This document shows, piece after piece, positions 12,901-24,551 of a stretch of DNA of 46,389 bases. Made by a program: the position numbers and the translations under genes. The notes under the pieces were generated by a model, which did no database searches, was not told the origin of the DNA, and saw only the letters and a program-made list of their open reading frames with translations. This stretch comes from Klebsormidium nitens. Its lineage: Eukaryota > Plantae > Klebsormidiophyceae. The DNA is taken from positions 1 through 46,389 of the forward strand of contig DF237603.1 in assembly GCA_000708835.1 (NCBI GenBank). Direction: 5' to 3'. Position 1 is the stretch's first letter. Each line of letters starts with the position of its first letter.

Positions 12901-15900
12901 CTGCACTTCCGGACGGATCTGCACGACTGGGAGGCGGCCCCCAGCTACAGCCGCAAGACGGTGGGCAACTTCGTGGGCCTCAAGAACGCGGGCGCCACGT
13001 GCTACATGAACAGCGTCTTCCAGCAGCTCTACATGCAGCCGCAGGTGCGCAGGACCATCCTCGCGGCCGACGAGTGCGAGGACCTGGAGCGCAAGGACTC
13101 GGTCTTCTACCAGGTGAGAAAAGGGGCTTACGCCCCAGCCCGCCTTCGTTCTCGCTCTAGCGGAATCTGCAGTCGTCTTCGCTTTTCTCTTCTATTTCTA
13201 AAACGATGACTTCCAAACGTTGGACTCGGACATGGAGCGCAACGACTCGGTCTTCTACCAGGTGAGAAAAGGGGCTCGCATTGCAGCCCGCCTTCGCCTA
13301 GCTTGCTCCGGTCTTCTGGTCTTGCTGAATCTGCAGTCGCATTCGTTTAAGTTCCCGTTCTTGAAGAAGTCGGTCCTTCAGTGTGAATACAAACCTTGAA
13401 GTTGAGTGGAGGTAGTTCAGACTTCTCCCCTCCTAAGTCACTTCTTTGGGCTGCGGAGCGCACATGATTTGAGGCCAGTCTGCGGCAGGATTGCTGACTA
13501 TCCTCATCGCTGATCAAGCAGGCTCTGATGACAGAGCTACTCAAACCGTGTTCGTCGTCTGTTGGACGTTGTTGGATATGTATCAGCAGGCCTTCAAAAT
13601 GATGCATTGCTACAGTTCAATCATCGTCCTTGCACCGAAAGTAGGAAAGATTTGCACGTATGCCAGTATCCTGACAGTAGCCGCCCGGCCTTCGCAGCTG
13701 CAAGCCATGTTCGGGGCCCTTTTGGCTAGCAGTCTGGACCACTACACCCCGCAGGGCTTTTGGGCGGCTTACCGGGACATTGACGGCCAGCCCATCAACC
13801 TGCGGGAGCACCAGGACGCCTTTGAGTTCTTCAACGTCCTCTTCGACCAGGTAACGTCCTCCGCTTTTGCAGCGCAATTTGCTGGTCCTTCAACGTACTT
13901 TAAACTCAAAGCCAGGGTAGGCTGATCATCTTGACCGCTGATGCAGCCAGGGTGGAGCTTCCATTACTTTCTCGATTGAGATCCGTTGACTGGCTTGCAA
14001 GCGAGTGGAACTTTCTGTATGGCTGATGACCCTTTCTCGCGCAGGTCGACGAGAAGCTCAAGGCGAAGGGCCATAAGCCGACGCTGACCGAAATCTTCGG
14101 GGGAACGTTTGCACAGCAGGCAAGCTTACCTATCGTTAGTTGATGCTTCACACACTACCCTTTACAATCGTGTGCCCTCATAAAGCGACCCTTGCGGCGG
14201 AGTTCACTTCATGCTTCATTTGCGGATATGCACCTCAACGAGACGTTCTAGCGCTTGAAGACGCTCATCAAGACAAGCACGCCTTGTCTTTGAGCAAAAT
14301 TGTGAAGTAATCTTGCCACGTGTTACTTTATGAATCATGCGTCTCAGCTGCCGCTGATCCTGGTCCAGGTTATCTGCCGAGGTTGCCCGCATCGGAGCGA
14401 GCGGGAGGAGGCGTTCAACGCCCTCGGGGTGGAGGTCAAGGGCAAGCGGGACCTCCAGGAAGCGCTGGTGAGTTGGCAGCCCTCGGATAATTACCTTCTT
14501 CTGTGATTCTTTATTCACGGGTTTGAAGTGCGGTTCTTGTCAAAGCCGCTTTGGCTGGCCATCGAAACTTGTTTCGTGACCGCCTGCCTGAATTGTACGG
14601 ACAAGCTCAGATTCGTGGCCAAGTGTGTTCTTTCAAAGGCCATCTGCGATCAAGTACCTAAAGCTCCTACTCCTGAGTTTCCAAAGATTTCTAACGTCTC
14701 CTCAGGCTCTAGTGGTCCTGCATGAGTGGGTACACAAAGCCTGGGATCCACTGGGGTACACTGCGAAAGATGAGCAGTCTGATGGTCGCCTCCTTTGCTC
14801 TGCAGGAGTCGTTTGTGAAGGGCGACCTGCTGGAAGCGGACAACGCGTACGACTGCGCCATCTGCAACAAGAAAGTGGACGCGCTCAAGCGCGTGTGCGT
14901 CAAGACGCTTCCGCACGCGCTCATCGTGCACCTCAAGCGCTTTGACTTCGACTATGAGACCATGCAGCGGCTCAAAGTCAAGGTGGGCACTTGCGGATCA
15001 GCCTGAAGCTCGAGACGCAGAGTTCCTGTTTCGAGCCTGACCCTAAGGATTGCGTTGTGCGATCCCCTCCTCGTTTGGCGGTTCGCTGACGACGAAAAAG
15101 AAGGGCTTTGGTGGGGAGTTCAGCTCGCGCTCACAGTGGGCAGGTAACTCCGTGATGCATTTACTTCTTGAAAAGATGCCGGCAAGACGTCTGTAAGTTT
15201 TGACTGGCCCCTCTCGGTCCTTCTCCAAGCCGAGTTGCCTGGTTTGGTTGGTGGTAACTGGCTGACCTGCTATTTGTTGCTTGTGTACAGGACCGCTTCG
15301 TATTCCCCATGCATTTAGATATGCACCCTTATACTGTAGAGGGCCTCGCAGCTAGGTGAGCTTTTCTGCCAAACCCTAAGTCCTCCATCAGGCTGTTGTG
15401 TCCCTATGTCTTCCATCAAGTTCTTGTTCTCCCAAGCGTCTTCAAGCTTTCCCAGATCAGGTCGATCTGTTGGACACTCGAAAGCGCCCGTTGCACCTGG
15501 CGTAACCGCTCATCTCTGGTTCTCGGAGCCGAGTCTGAGTACTGTGACGTCAAGTCTTTGGTCGTTTCAGAGGAACGTAACGAACATGGTTCTGTTATGT
15601 TGCAAAGTGGTGACTGCAGAAGGCCATTCAAACGTTCTTTGCAAATTGGTGACTGCGGACTGACCCTGCTGTACATTCCCTAACATTGCGAATGAACTTT
15701 TGCAGCGAGAATAACGCGTCGACGAGCGAGGACAACGACGGCGCGAGCACGGTGGTGATGCGTCCGGACGCTTACTACCAGTACGACCTGGTGGGCGTCG
15801 TTGTACATTCTGGGACCGCCTTCGCCGGGCACTACTATTCGTACATAAAGGAGCGGGATGGGGACAAGCCGTTCGGCAACAAGGACCCCAACGCGCATGG

Positions 15901-18900
15901 GTGAGCGCAGCACTTGTGTTGGTTGTGGGAGTTCTTGGGGTAAAAGCGTTGATACTTTCCACAAATTCAGGATCGTGCACTTGCTGTGGAGTCTGGAAGA
16001 ACTCTCGTTATCAGGTAGATTTCTCAAGATCGATGGTAAACGCTTGAAGGGGCGCAGCAGCCACGACATCCAGTTGAAAAGGGGTTCTAATTTGAAGTTA
16101 CCGTGGTTACTATGCCACAAATGGGTTCAGTGTTTCGCTTCCACCGATATGCTTTTCATGTCAAACTCCCAGGCATTCTTGACTTTCATTTTTCCTCAGT
16201 TACTTTTAGTGTCAGCCCATTGTAAAAGTTCGTCGAACAGCGGCCTTATTCTTTTGCCGACATTCTGCTCTATGAGGTCATCTCGAGTCTTCATCGCTGC
16301 CCCGCTTGCAGGTGGATGGTGTTTGACGACAAGCGCGTGGAGCCGTACAACGTTGCGGACCTCGAGAAGGACTGCTTCGGCGGCAAGTTCGTGCCGGAGG
16401 CGTACGACAACGGCCTCAAGCCCATGCAGGAGTTCGACCGCCCCAACAGCGCCTACATGCTGCTGTATGAGCGGTCCACCCCTGTGGAGGTTAGCGAGGT
16501 AAGAAGGTCTGGGGTTTGTTGGGTTTGGGGTTCCAATCGTAGTTGCGATGCGGTGCTGTCAATCAGACATTGTCAACGGTGAGTCTTTTTGGGCCCCAAC
16601 AGCTCCTAAATGCTGCTGTACGAGCGGTCCACCCCCGTGGAGGTTAGCGAGGTGAGATTAGCGAGGTCAACTCGTTTCTAAGAATCGGTACAAGTGACGG
16701 ACCTGCAGCTGCTGGTGGTTGCCGTGTCAAGAACAAGCGTTCCGGCGGTTCGCACTTGCTTGTCAGGGCTTACGCCTGTGCTCCGGGGTTACAATACGAA
16801 AGAGGAAGCGACCGTGTTCGATTAGCAAACGCTGATCCTTTTATGATTTCCAATTGCTGGAATTAGAAGCAAAGTTCGGTTCCCGCCCTTTCGCCTCCCC
16901 TGACGCATCCCCGAGTGCTGATCGGTCTTACTAATCTCAAATGGTTGCAAATCAAGCACGCGTTCGGTCGGATTATCTCTCTCTTCATCCATTCACATTC
17001 TTCTGCCTGCAGCAGTCGTCCCCTGAAGCATCCCCATCGACTGCCGCTGATGGCGATGCGGTCGCTGAGGTCGAGCCGAAGGGAGACCTGAAAAAGCAGC
17101 TGGAGGACGCGGTCAGCAAAACGTCACCGGGCTCAGCGTAAGTACAGTCAAGCCACACTAGGGCCGTTTTCTTCGTTGGCTGATGGCCCTTCTGGAACTG
17201 ACTACACTTAGGATTTGTTGACGCTTCATTTTCGAGTGGTCTCATCAGAGTCGAAGAGTCCCTTTGTCCATGGGCTGTCACTCGGAAATTTCAACGATCT
17301 AGTGATGCTATCGAGGTCGTTGTCGCAGCTCTATGCTCTCTCTCCACATGTATCAGCTATTTCGAGTCATGAATGTGGTTTCGATTTGCCGGGCTCTTCA
17401 GAGTCGTCGTAGGAATCAGTGGGCGCTTCCAATGACTGCAAATCTGTTGTCATTTCTGCGAGGCGTCACTTCTTACGCGGTTGCAAGAGTTCGACCTGTT
17501 GTATTGACGTTGTTCTCATCTGCAGGCGGAGGGGTTCCGTGCACATGCCACCATCTATACACCGGATTGTGTGGCAGGAAAACCTACAGTAAGTGATTCG
17601 CGTCTCGACCTTCCAAGAATTCGCTTCCGAGGATTGTCTGGACGGTTCTGGTTTCCTCCTCCCATTCGAATCTGCAATTTTCGGGCGTAGAGTGCTTTGG
17701 CTCTGAATTTGTGGTCGAAACTCAGCATCCGGGGTCGAAAGACTTTGATCTAGGATCTGGAGTTCGCTATCCGTCGAAGTAGGACTAGCTACTCTTTTCT
17801 TGTTGAGCTTGCATGCATTGGATCAATCCTTCAATGATGGAACCTGTACTCTTGTGACTAAATTGTGTCTCCAAAGGTGTCCTTTCCCTTCTGGTAAGTT
17901 TGCTCTGATCCGTTGCTTTTGATCTGCAGGTCTGTTAGCGAAAGTCATCTCCTAGACAGCGACTACTTCAGCTTCCTGCTGCAGCTGGCGACCTCTTGTC
18001 TTCAGACGTACGAGAAAAGGTACACCCAGATCCCCTTGGGGTTCCCGATAGCAGGACCTCCAAACCTGCTGAAAATTTCACAGCCCTTCTCAAGCCCCTT
18101 CAGAAGCCGTTTGTCCAGCACAAATTTGACTTGCTTTTGAGTCAATACGTGTTTCTTAGGTAGTAAATACTGCACGCAGTGCACTTAGTCAGGTCAAACG
18201 GCCTCGTTCTTTCTGGGGGTCATAAATTTGAGTCAGCTTTGAAGTCTTTGTATCACCCCACACGCTAGTCAGCAGACTTGAATCGATCACACCAGATTTG
18301 AGGGTAGCAACAATGGAAGCAGAAGAGGTTGACTACGCCGACGCACTTGTTATAAAGTATACCCGGTTTGTGCAGGTTGCGTGGGGCGGAGCAGGGCCAG
18401 GAGGAAGGGGTGCAAATCGCCAAGGCGAGCGCCGAGTTGTTCATCGAGTTCCTCATGCGGGTCTATCTGCGCTCGCACAAGGACCTGCGGACAGATCTCC
18501 GGCAGTGGAAGGTGAGCTAAAGGGCTCGCTTGTTATGCACCACTCAATGGGGCGAAGTTTGGGGGGTGTTAACAGGGTTTGAAGCTTCGGCAATGCAAAG
18601 ATTGGTTATCCCCTTTCTTTTGGTTTCTCCCATCAGAAGTTTGCTTACGGGGTGCTCGTTGCAGTTCACAAATTACGGAACGAAGAAGATCAATGCGTTG
18701 GCATTCGTACCCGCAGTGTGTCCGAGCTGTTCAGAACCGTGAGCAAAATTATCCAGGCGGTCTTGCCAAGCTCATGCCTTTCATATCTAGCCTTTCGACG
18801 AGCAGGCACGTAGCAGTAGTCATAACGCCGCTTGACTGCGACTGCACCCGAGTGCATGAGCAAGACGCCCTATGTTCAACGTGATAGCCTAGCACACAAT

Positions 18901-21900
18901 GTAGAGTCAGAAGTCCCAATCCAACATTATAACCTAAAACTCGTGTCCTTCGTTCGCAGGCGGTGATCATGACGTTCCTCCAGAACAGCGCCCACTTCAC
19001 GCACCACTTCCTGTTGCGCCTCCTCGACAACCAGGAGTGGCTGCGGGAGGGACTCCTCTCGTGCAACTCGGACGAGGTCCGGACGGTGAGTCACCACAAG
19101 TCGAAACGTCCTGAAAACTCGAGTACTAATATAGTCGGAAACTTGAATGTTCTATATGTTGGAGACACTTGGTTGGGATGATATGAATGGCAGCTGAGTG
19201 CATCTCCACTCCCAGCACGTTCCCTAAATGCTTGTCTTTCTAAGCGCAGTCCTGAATGAGGGTCAATTTTTTGTTCCCGTTCACAGCGTAGTAAATGTCA
19301 CTGCAACAACTTGCTATCGTGGCAGTTGATTGACGATTGAATAACGTTACCATGAGCAACCCACGACGGACAGCCTCCGGACAATCTCTGCCCGCAAAAA
19401 ATGTCCGCAACTTCCCTGTTACGGTGGTTTGTCTAACCCACCAATTTTTCTTTGTGGCAGGTGATTGGAGACTGGGTGGTGATGGCCATGACGGCGGCCG
19501 CGGAGTACAACAAGGGCCGCAAGGAGGACCCCATGCGGCTGGGCCTGTTCCTCGACATGCTTGCGCACATCGTCAAGGACTGCGGCAGGCTCAAGGCGTA
19601 CGTCAAAGAGGTGAGGCTGCTGCGGATTTCGTGAAAGAGCGAGCGCTTACACCAATTTTGCTTTGTAGCGTTTACAACTGTGAGGCGTGCATCAAAGAGG
19701 TGAGGCTGCTACAGCTTGTTAAAACGTGGCCTCAAGCATTGGTACCTCTTGCAAAGTTCACACCGTTGATCGCCCACTCTGAGTGTTTCTGCGGCCCAAC
19801 TCTGTGAAAGCTTTGAAATGCCTTCGGGTGAGGCGGCCAGGTTCGCCCAGGTGCGCAATATCTGAACTGCAGGATCCTGGCACCTCAAAGTCCTGCCTGT
19901 TGGGTTGCTCCGTTGGGTTCGCTGCTTTGTTCTGCTTGGTGTTCAAGGAAGCAGATTGTCGAGCTCATACTTCTCTGATCGCTGTTGTATGCAAACACGG
20001 GACGCTTTGGAATTTCCGACCTTCTTGACGCGCTCTTTGATGCTAGCACCTCCGTGAAGAGCTGTGCTTACGATCTCGCACGCGTCTTTGTGTCCAGTTG
20101 ATCGACATCCTGACTGCGTATGCCAAGATTGGGACCCGCCAGAAGATGGAGCTGTTGCAGGAGAAGCACGTCTTCCTACCGCAGCTGGTAAGCTGCGGCC
20201 GCCTAAACTCCCGTTGTGCTCCTTTCTGGACAAATCTAGGCATCATTTCGCGGTTGTCCTTGGTATTAAGCTGCTGCGGGAGACATCGCCAGTCTTCCTT
20301 TGATGAGCTCGTCGGGAGCTGTTCTGGGACTTAGGATCTCGGCTAGTGGGATTGACGTCGCCAATCTTTCAAACAAATTTGTCAGGAGTTAGTGCGGAGA
20401 CTCTTTGGGCTTCAAGCCGGGGCAGGTCGTATTGGCCTTCATTTGTTCTGCTGTAAAAGGTCGTCTGCATTTAGAACAGCTATGTCGTGACCTTCCTAGA
20501 ATCGCACCGACTGCTTTCTGCTTCTCGCATGTAGCGCCAGTAGTTCAGCCCTACTCTCAGGAGGGTTCGCCTGGTTTGCATTGTCAGCGTGTCTATTGTT
20601 TTTCAAAGGTGCAAATAGCTTCAAACCAAAGGGACCCACACGGTTCTAGGGGGAAACTCGCTCTGGTCCGCTTAAACTGGCACACCCATCATGATTGTCA
20701 AGCAAGTGCCCCTTCAGTCCTGTTCGTTACGTCGAAATCCCCCTCCGTATGCAGATCTGTCCCTTTCGCTGATTTGTCCAATGAAAAGCTATGCCGGTTC
20801 TGAAGCGTGTCAGCCTTGTTCGCTTGCAGGCTTTCAACGCTCTCCAGGACAAGATCACCGCTTTCAACTCGGAGGAGTGGGAGGCGCTCGTGCGGTGCTT
20901 TGCGGAGCTTCTGCCTTGCTACGACCTGACACCCATCTGCAGTGAGTGCACGCAGACGACTCTAGCTCTTCCTCTTACGACTGTCTCCACGCTTCATGCC
21001 TATCAGCAAGCTCCGTTTCTGCAAAGAGCCTTTTTCTGGTTGTTCTATTCCTCCCTGTTCTTTGAGCAGATTAGGATGGTGAATTGCGTTTGTCATGACT
21101 ATCTGTGCTTTTCTGTCGCATTCGATGACCCCTACAGCCCGAAGTTCTTCTTCTTCCATCGAGGCGTTTAGAGCGGCTTTTTCCGGCCTCGTCAAGTCCA
21201 CTGTCTTGCCTAAGTTTTCAGTCAACCGGGGGCCCTTGATCGTGTTCCGATGCTTTGAGTGCCTCTTTTGCAGAGCAAGGCACCGCCACCAAAGCGGCGA
21301 CGGACAAGTCGCTTGGGCAGCTGAACCCGTACAAGGCCCCCGACTCGCCGCTAGTCCCACTGACCGACCACATGTTGGACTGGGTGATCTACCGGGAAGA
21401 GCTCTGGCAGCTTATGGTAAGGGCTTCTCTTAAGTTGATTCGGATCGTTATTGCCGGGCTACTTTCTATCTTCGTTCGATAGGCCGAAGGAGCAATTGAA
21501 GGAAAGGCTGGCGGTCCTGAAGAGGAGGCAAAAGATCGCCGGGTCTTCGGTAGCCTTTCTGGAGTTATGCTTGGAGCTCAGTTGACCCGGCGTTTTTAAG
21601 CGGCGGTAGGCCTTTAGCGGAGGGTCCTTTCCTGATCACCATTTCAAATATGCTTGCTTGGACTTTTCAGGTTGTCTTTTCAGCTAGATTGGCCTGGTTT
21701 CAGATAGCCGCGGATCTTCTGCTCAAGTGTCCCTCGATATACCGCTCGATCTGCTTGATTGACTAGATCTCTGATCTCGTCCTTGCGTTACGCAGTTTGA
21801 GAAGTGCCACCAGATGCCGGAGCTGGTGCAGCTGATGCAGTTCTGCTCCTGGGAGAACCCCAAGTTCACCGCGGTAAGGGCCGCTCCTTGCAATCCGCTT

Positions 21901-23519
21901 GAACCCGCTTGTTGCGAAAAGCTTTGTATGAAGCAAAAGGCAGACCAACCTCCACGTTGATTCACAAGACCGGGGAGTTGATCACGCTAGTATGGCAAGT
22001 CAATCCTGGTGATCGTACAAACTCTGTACCTCTTCAAGGCCTTGAACGGGTTAAGCAGTGCCACGTTCGTGTCATCGAGGTTTTAGTAACCCAAAATTCG
22101 CGGTTGACGTGGACTCTTGCAGTTGGGAGCCCTTCATAGACAGCACGGTCTTGCAACTTACATGCAGACTGTGTGGGCTTGGTCGGTTGCGTGTAATTAT
22201 TCATTGCTCAATGTCAATCATTCAAATTGGTCGTTGAAAAGGGCCTCTCACGTGCTGTTCTTTGTCCTCCCTGCAGCAATTGCTCGGCCGGCTGCTCAAC
22301 TTCATTGCGGACGCGCTGAGCCGGGACTGCCACATGATGCCCACCATCCTCGCGCGGATCCTCGAGATCAAGGACTCGTACCAGCGGGTGAGTCCTATGA
22401 TTCAAAAAATAAGATATAAAATTCATCAGTCATTCAATATCAGATCTATTGAATATGTAGTAAGTATTACGATTATTCTCGAGCCACGAGTACGTAGTAC
22501 TTTCAACCCCCCGAACCCATGAGAGTTATGGCAAGGGTCACAGGTCTTGTACCAGTATCGATCGTAACAGTACTCGATCAGGTGCTGCATCTTTGATATG
22601 CCCTTTTTCGGTGACTCTGAAGCAGCTTATGCTTCATTCAGTCCTAACTATGCATACATCTCGTTTGTTGGTGCTTGGGATTGTCATGAAACAAGCACGC
22701 TTGACGAGCTGGAGCTGGTCTTTTGTGCATTTTTTGCAGACCCGGCACATGCTGCTGTTCGACGGGGACAACAAGACTGAGTCGCTGACGGATCAGATTC
22801 TGGATGGGGAGGTGGGATCTAACATCCTTCTGCTCATGTGCACTTCTCCTTACCGTCCTTGCCTTGCAGTCCTTCTGCTCACAGCTTTGCCCAATTATAA
22901 TTATTCTCAGCTTGTCGTGGTCTATTTGCTTCTGTGTTTGGTTTAGAAACTGGTCAGCAAAGGATATTCGAAGGCCTATGGTAGGGGCTTGAGCGCAATC
23001 CTGGCTGCATTTGATTCCTGTTCCTTGCGGCTTTTATTCTTATTCTGGCGGGGAGCGAGATACAAAGTACGCCCCTTTGGGTCTAAATTCTTGACATCAC
23101 GTGGCTGCACCAATCTTGCGTCTCCCAAAGCTCGCTACCTTCTTTGATGGCGTGTTTGCTTCTAGTCGACTCTGCCTTCGGCAGACTGCTCCTCGCAACC
23201 GCCAATTTCAAAAAGCCGGGTAGGTGAAAAGTGATAACATTCTGCTTTGTTTCCACAGACGCAAGAAACGAAACGGCGATGGCTCATCCAACTCGTCCTG
23301 AGCCTGCACCGCTTGAGCCCGCTGGTCGGCCGGACGATCCGCCAGAACCGGCTCAACGGGGAAGACGGCTGGGTGCACATCTTGAGTTACATGGAATCCA
23401 GGTGGCTCCCGACCGCGAATGAGAACCAGCGACTCCACGCAGAGCAAACGATAGAGGGGGTGAAGGCGATGCTTACACCGCCCACAAAGAAAGAGGTTGC
23501 TGCACGAGCAGCCTCCTGA
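931..23519 (+). CDS. Ubiquitin carboxyl-terminal hydrolase, USP9X/USP24 (fat facets)-like peptidase C19, 38 coding exons, ~2,453 aa
   Basis: Hand-spliced exons with consistent phases (sum 7,362 nt): 931-2177, 2999-3104, 3537-3638, 4014-4109, 4367-4452, 4631-4751, 5039-5149, 5431-5502, 5919-6077, 6579-6799, 7243-7447, 7811-8215, 8829-9110, 9572-9775, 10219-10736, 11135-11621, 12079-12299, 12900-13113, 13698-13850, 14045-14119, 14369-14467, 14806-14982, 15291-15355, 15706-15900, 16312-16498, 17016-17137, 17526-17588, 17930-18019, 18376-18511, 18960-19085, 19461-19610, 20098-20187, 20830-20941, 21274-21416, 21796-21873, 22277-22387, 22740-22811, 23259-23519. Motifs: Cys box [39 protein letters not shown], His box [30 protein letters not shown]. 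Non-catalytic matches to the USP9X/24 family as I recall it: [30 protein letters not shown]. Confidence 0.93.
7118..7194 (+). repeat. Intronic tandem duplication, 2 x 38-39 bp
   Basis: tttcaccccacaagcctccatctgtgttcgacagttac followed by tttcaccccacaagccttccaactgtgttcgacagttac, in USP intron 10. Confidence 0.9.
7994..8044 (+). repeat. Coding 12-bp tandem repeat (S-A-D-A)n in USP exon 12
   Basis: gccgctgacacc agcgctgacgcc agcgctgacgcc agcgctgatgtc, translating to [16 protein letters not shown]. Confidence 0.85.
8829..9110 (+). other. Probable ubiquitin-like (UBL) domain exon within the USP
   Basis: [55 protein letters not shown] has beta-grasp-like spacing (T-I-x-x-L-R...I; L-x-x-x-G-x-x-L). 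USP9X/24 carry a UBL N-terminal to the catalytic domain. Confidence 0.6.
13081..13296 (+). repeat. Direct duplication of exon 18 end plus donor into the downstream intron
   Basis: 13081-13148 (gacctggagcgcaaggactcggtcttctaccaggtgagaaaaggggct...) is repeated at 13229-13296 (gacatggagcgcaacgactcggtcttctaccaggtgagaaaaggggct...), offset 148. Confidence 0.9.
14120..14368 (+). other. Non-canonical GC-AG intron (USP intron 20)
   Basis: Donor CAG|GCAAGC at 14120 and acceptor GGTCCAG|GTT at 14368 join FGGTFAQQ to VICRGCPH in frame, matching the USP9X-type FGGxFxxQxICxGCPH segment. Confidence 0.85.
16441..16653 (+). repeat. Direct duplication of exon 25 end plus donor into the downstream intron
   Basis: 16441-16500 vs 16594-16653: 56/60 identical, offset 153. 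The copy has TAC changed to TAA. Confidence 0.92.
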
Positions 23520-24390
23520 TTGCTTGTTGGCAGAGTGAGGGGGGATTAGACGGAGGGGTGACGGGTGAGAAAAGGCCCATGTGAGTTGGGCTTGGCTGAC
23601 TGGTATCGTCGGACAGGTAGAACCGCCGCCGGGGTGCCGAGAACCTTCGGCGGGCGTGCCTGTCTGGAGATTGTTTGTCCGGATATTTGAGTATTCGGTT
23701 GTACATCGATAGGTACCATACGTGTACAGAGATAGCAAGCAATAAAGCTTCGGTTACGGCCGTTTTGTTATTCGTGCGAAGATACTACGTATCAATTACC
23801 AGATGTCAATGTGCTCTCAGTGCATTTGTCTACGAACGTGACCTGAAGCCAAAGATGTCTTCGAAGTGCTAGTGACCATCCTGTGTGACACCCACATCCA
23901 AGACAAAGTACAGATGTCCACATTTGCCACACCGAATTGCCGGATTGTTACCGTGGCATCTCGGGGGTAATGAATATTCGAAGTCGCTTGCATAATCATT
24001 CCCTCAGAGGCAGCTCGAGTTACTGACGATCGATCAGAGCATAGCTCTAGGCATTGGGTCCCCGGCATGTGCAAATATGCATGCAAATACATCAGTGGAC
24101 ATGATATGGTGCTAAAAATCCTAGCATTCTTGGTTACCTTAGAGTGGATGATGACGGTCGTCTAAAGTTTTAAGGACTTAGTCCTCGACTTGATCCATGG
24201 TAGTGCAGACGTTCAGACGTGTACTTGCATCAGAACCTTTTGCACAAATGGCGCGGCGCTGGCGTAAGCGCGCATCTAAATATGAGTCGAGGCTCTTCGG
24301 ATATAGTACAATTCCTCCGACATTTCTTCCGGCTGGACTTACCGGACCGCGGCGTTCTAATGCGCAGCAAGGCGCATGCAAACAGTGATC

Positions 24391-24551
24391 NNNNNNNNNN
24401 NNNNNNNNNNNNNNNNNNNNNNNNNNNNNNNNNNNNNNNNNNNNNNNNNNNNNNNNNNNNNNNNNNNNNNNNNNNNNNNNNNNNNNNNNNNNNNNNNNNN
24501 NNNNNNNNNNNNNNNNNNNNNNNNNNNNNNNNNNNNNNNNNNNNNNNNNNN
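24391..24551. other. Assembly gap (161 N)
   Basis: Run of N. Confidence 1.

Larger units (their letters stand above)
12900..16498 (+). other. USP catalytic domain (exons 18-25)
   Basis: Catalytic Cys codon TGC at 13000-13002. Catalytic His codon CAC at 15830-15832. Downstream Asp in WMVFDD (exon 25). Finger-domain Cys pairs CRGC (exon 21) and CAIC (exon 22). Confidence 0.93.
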
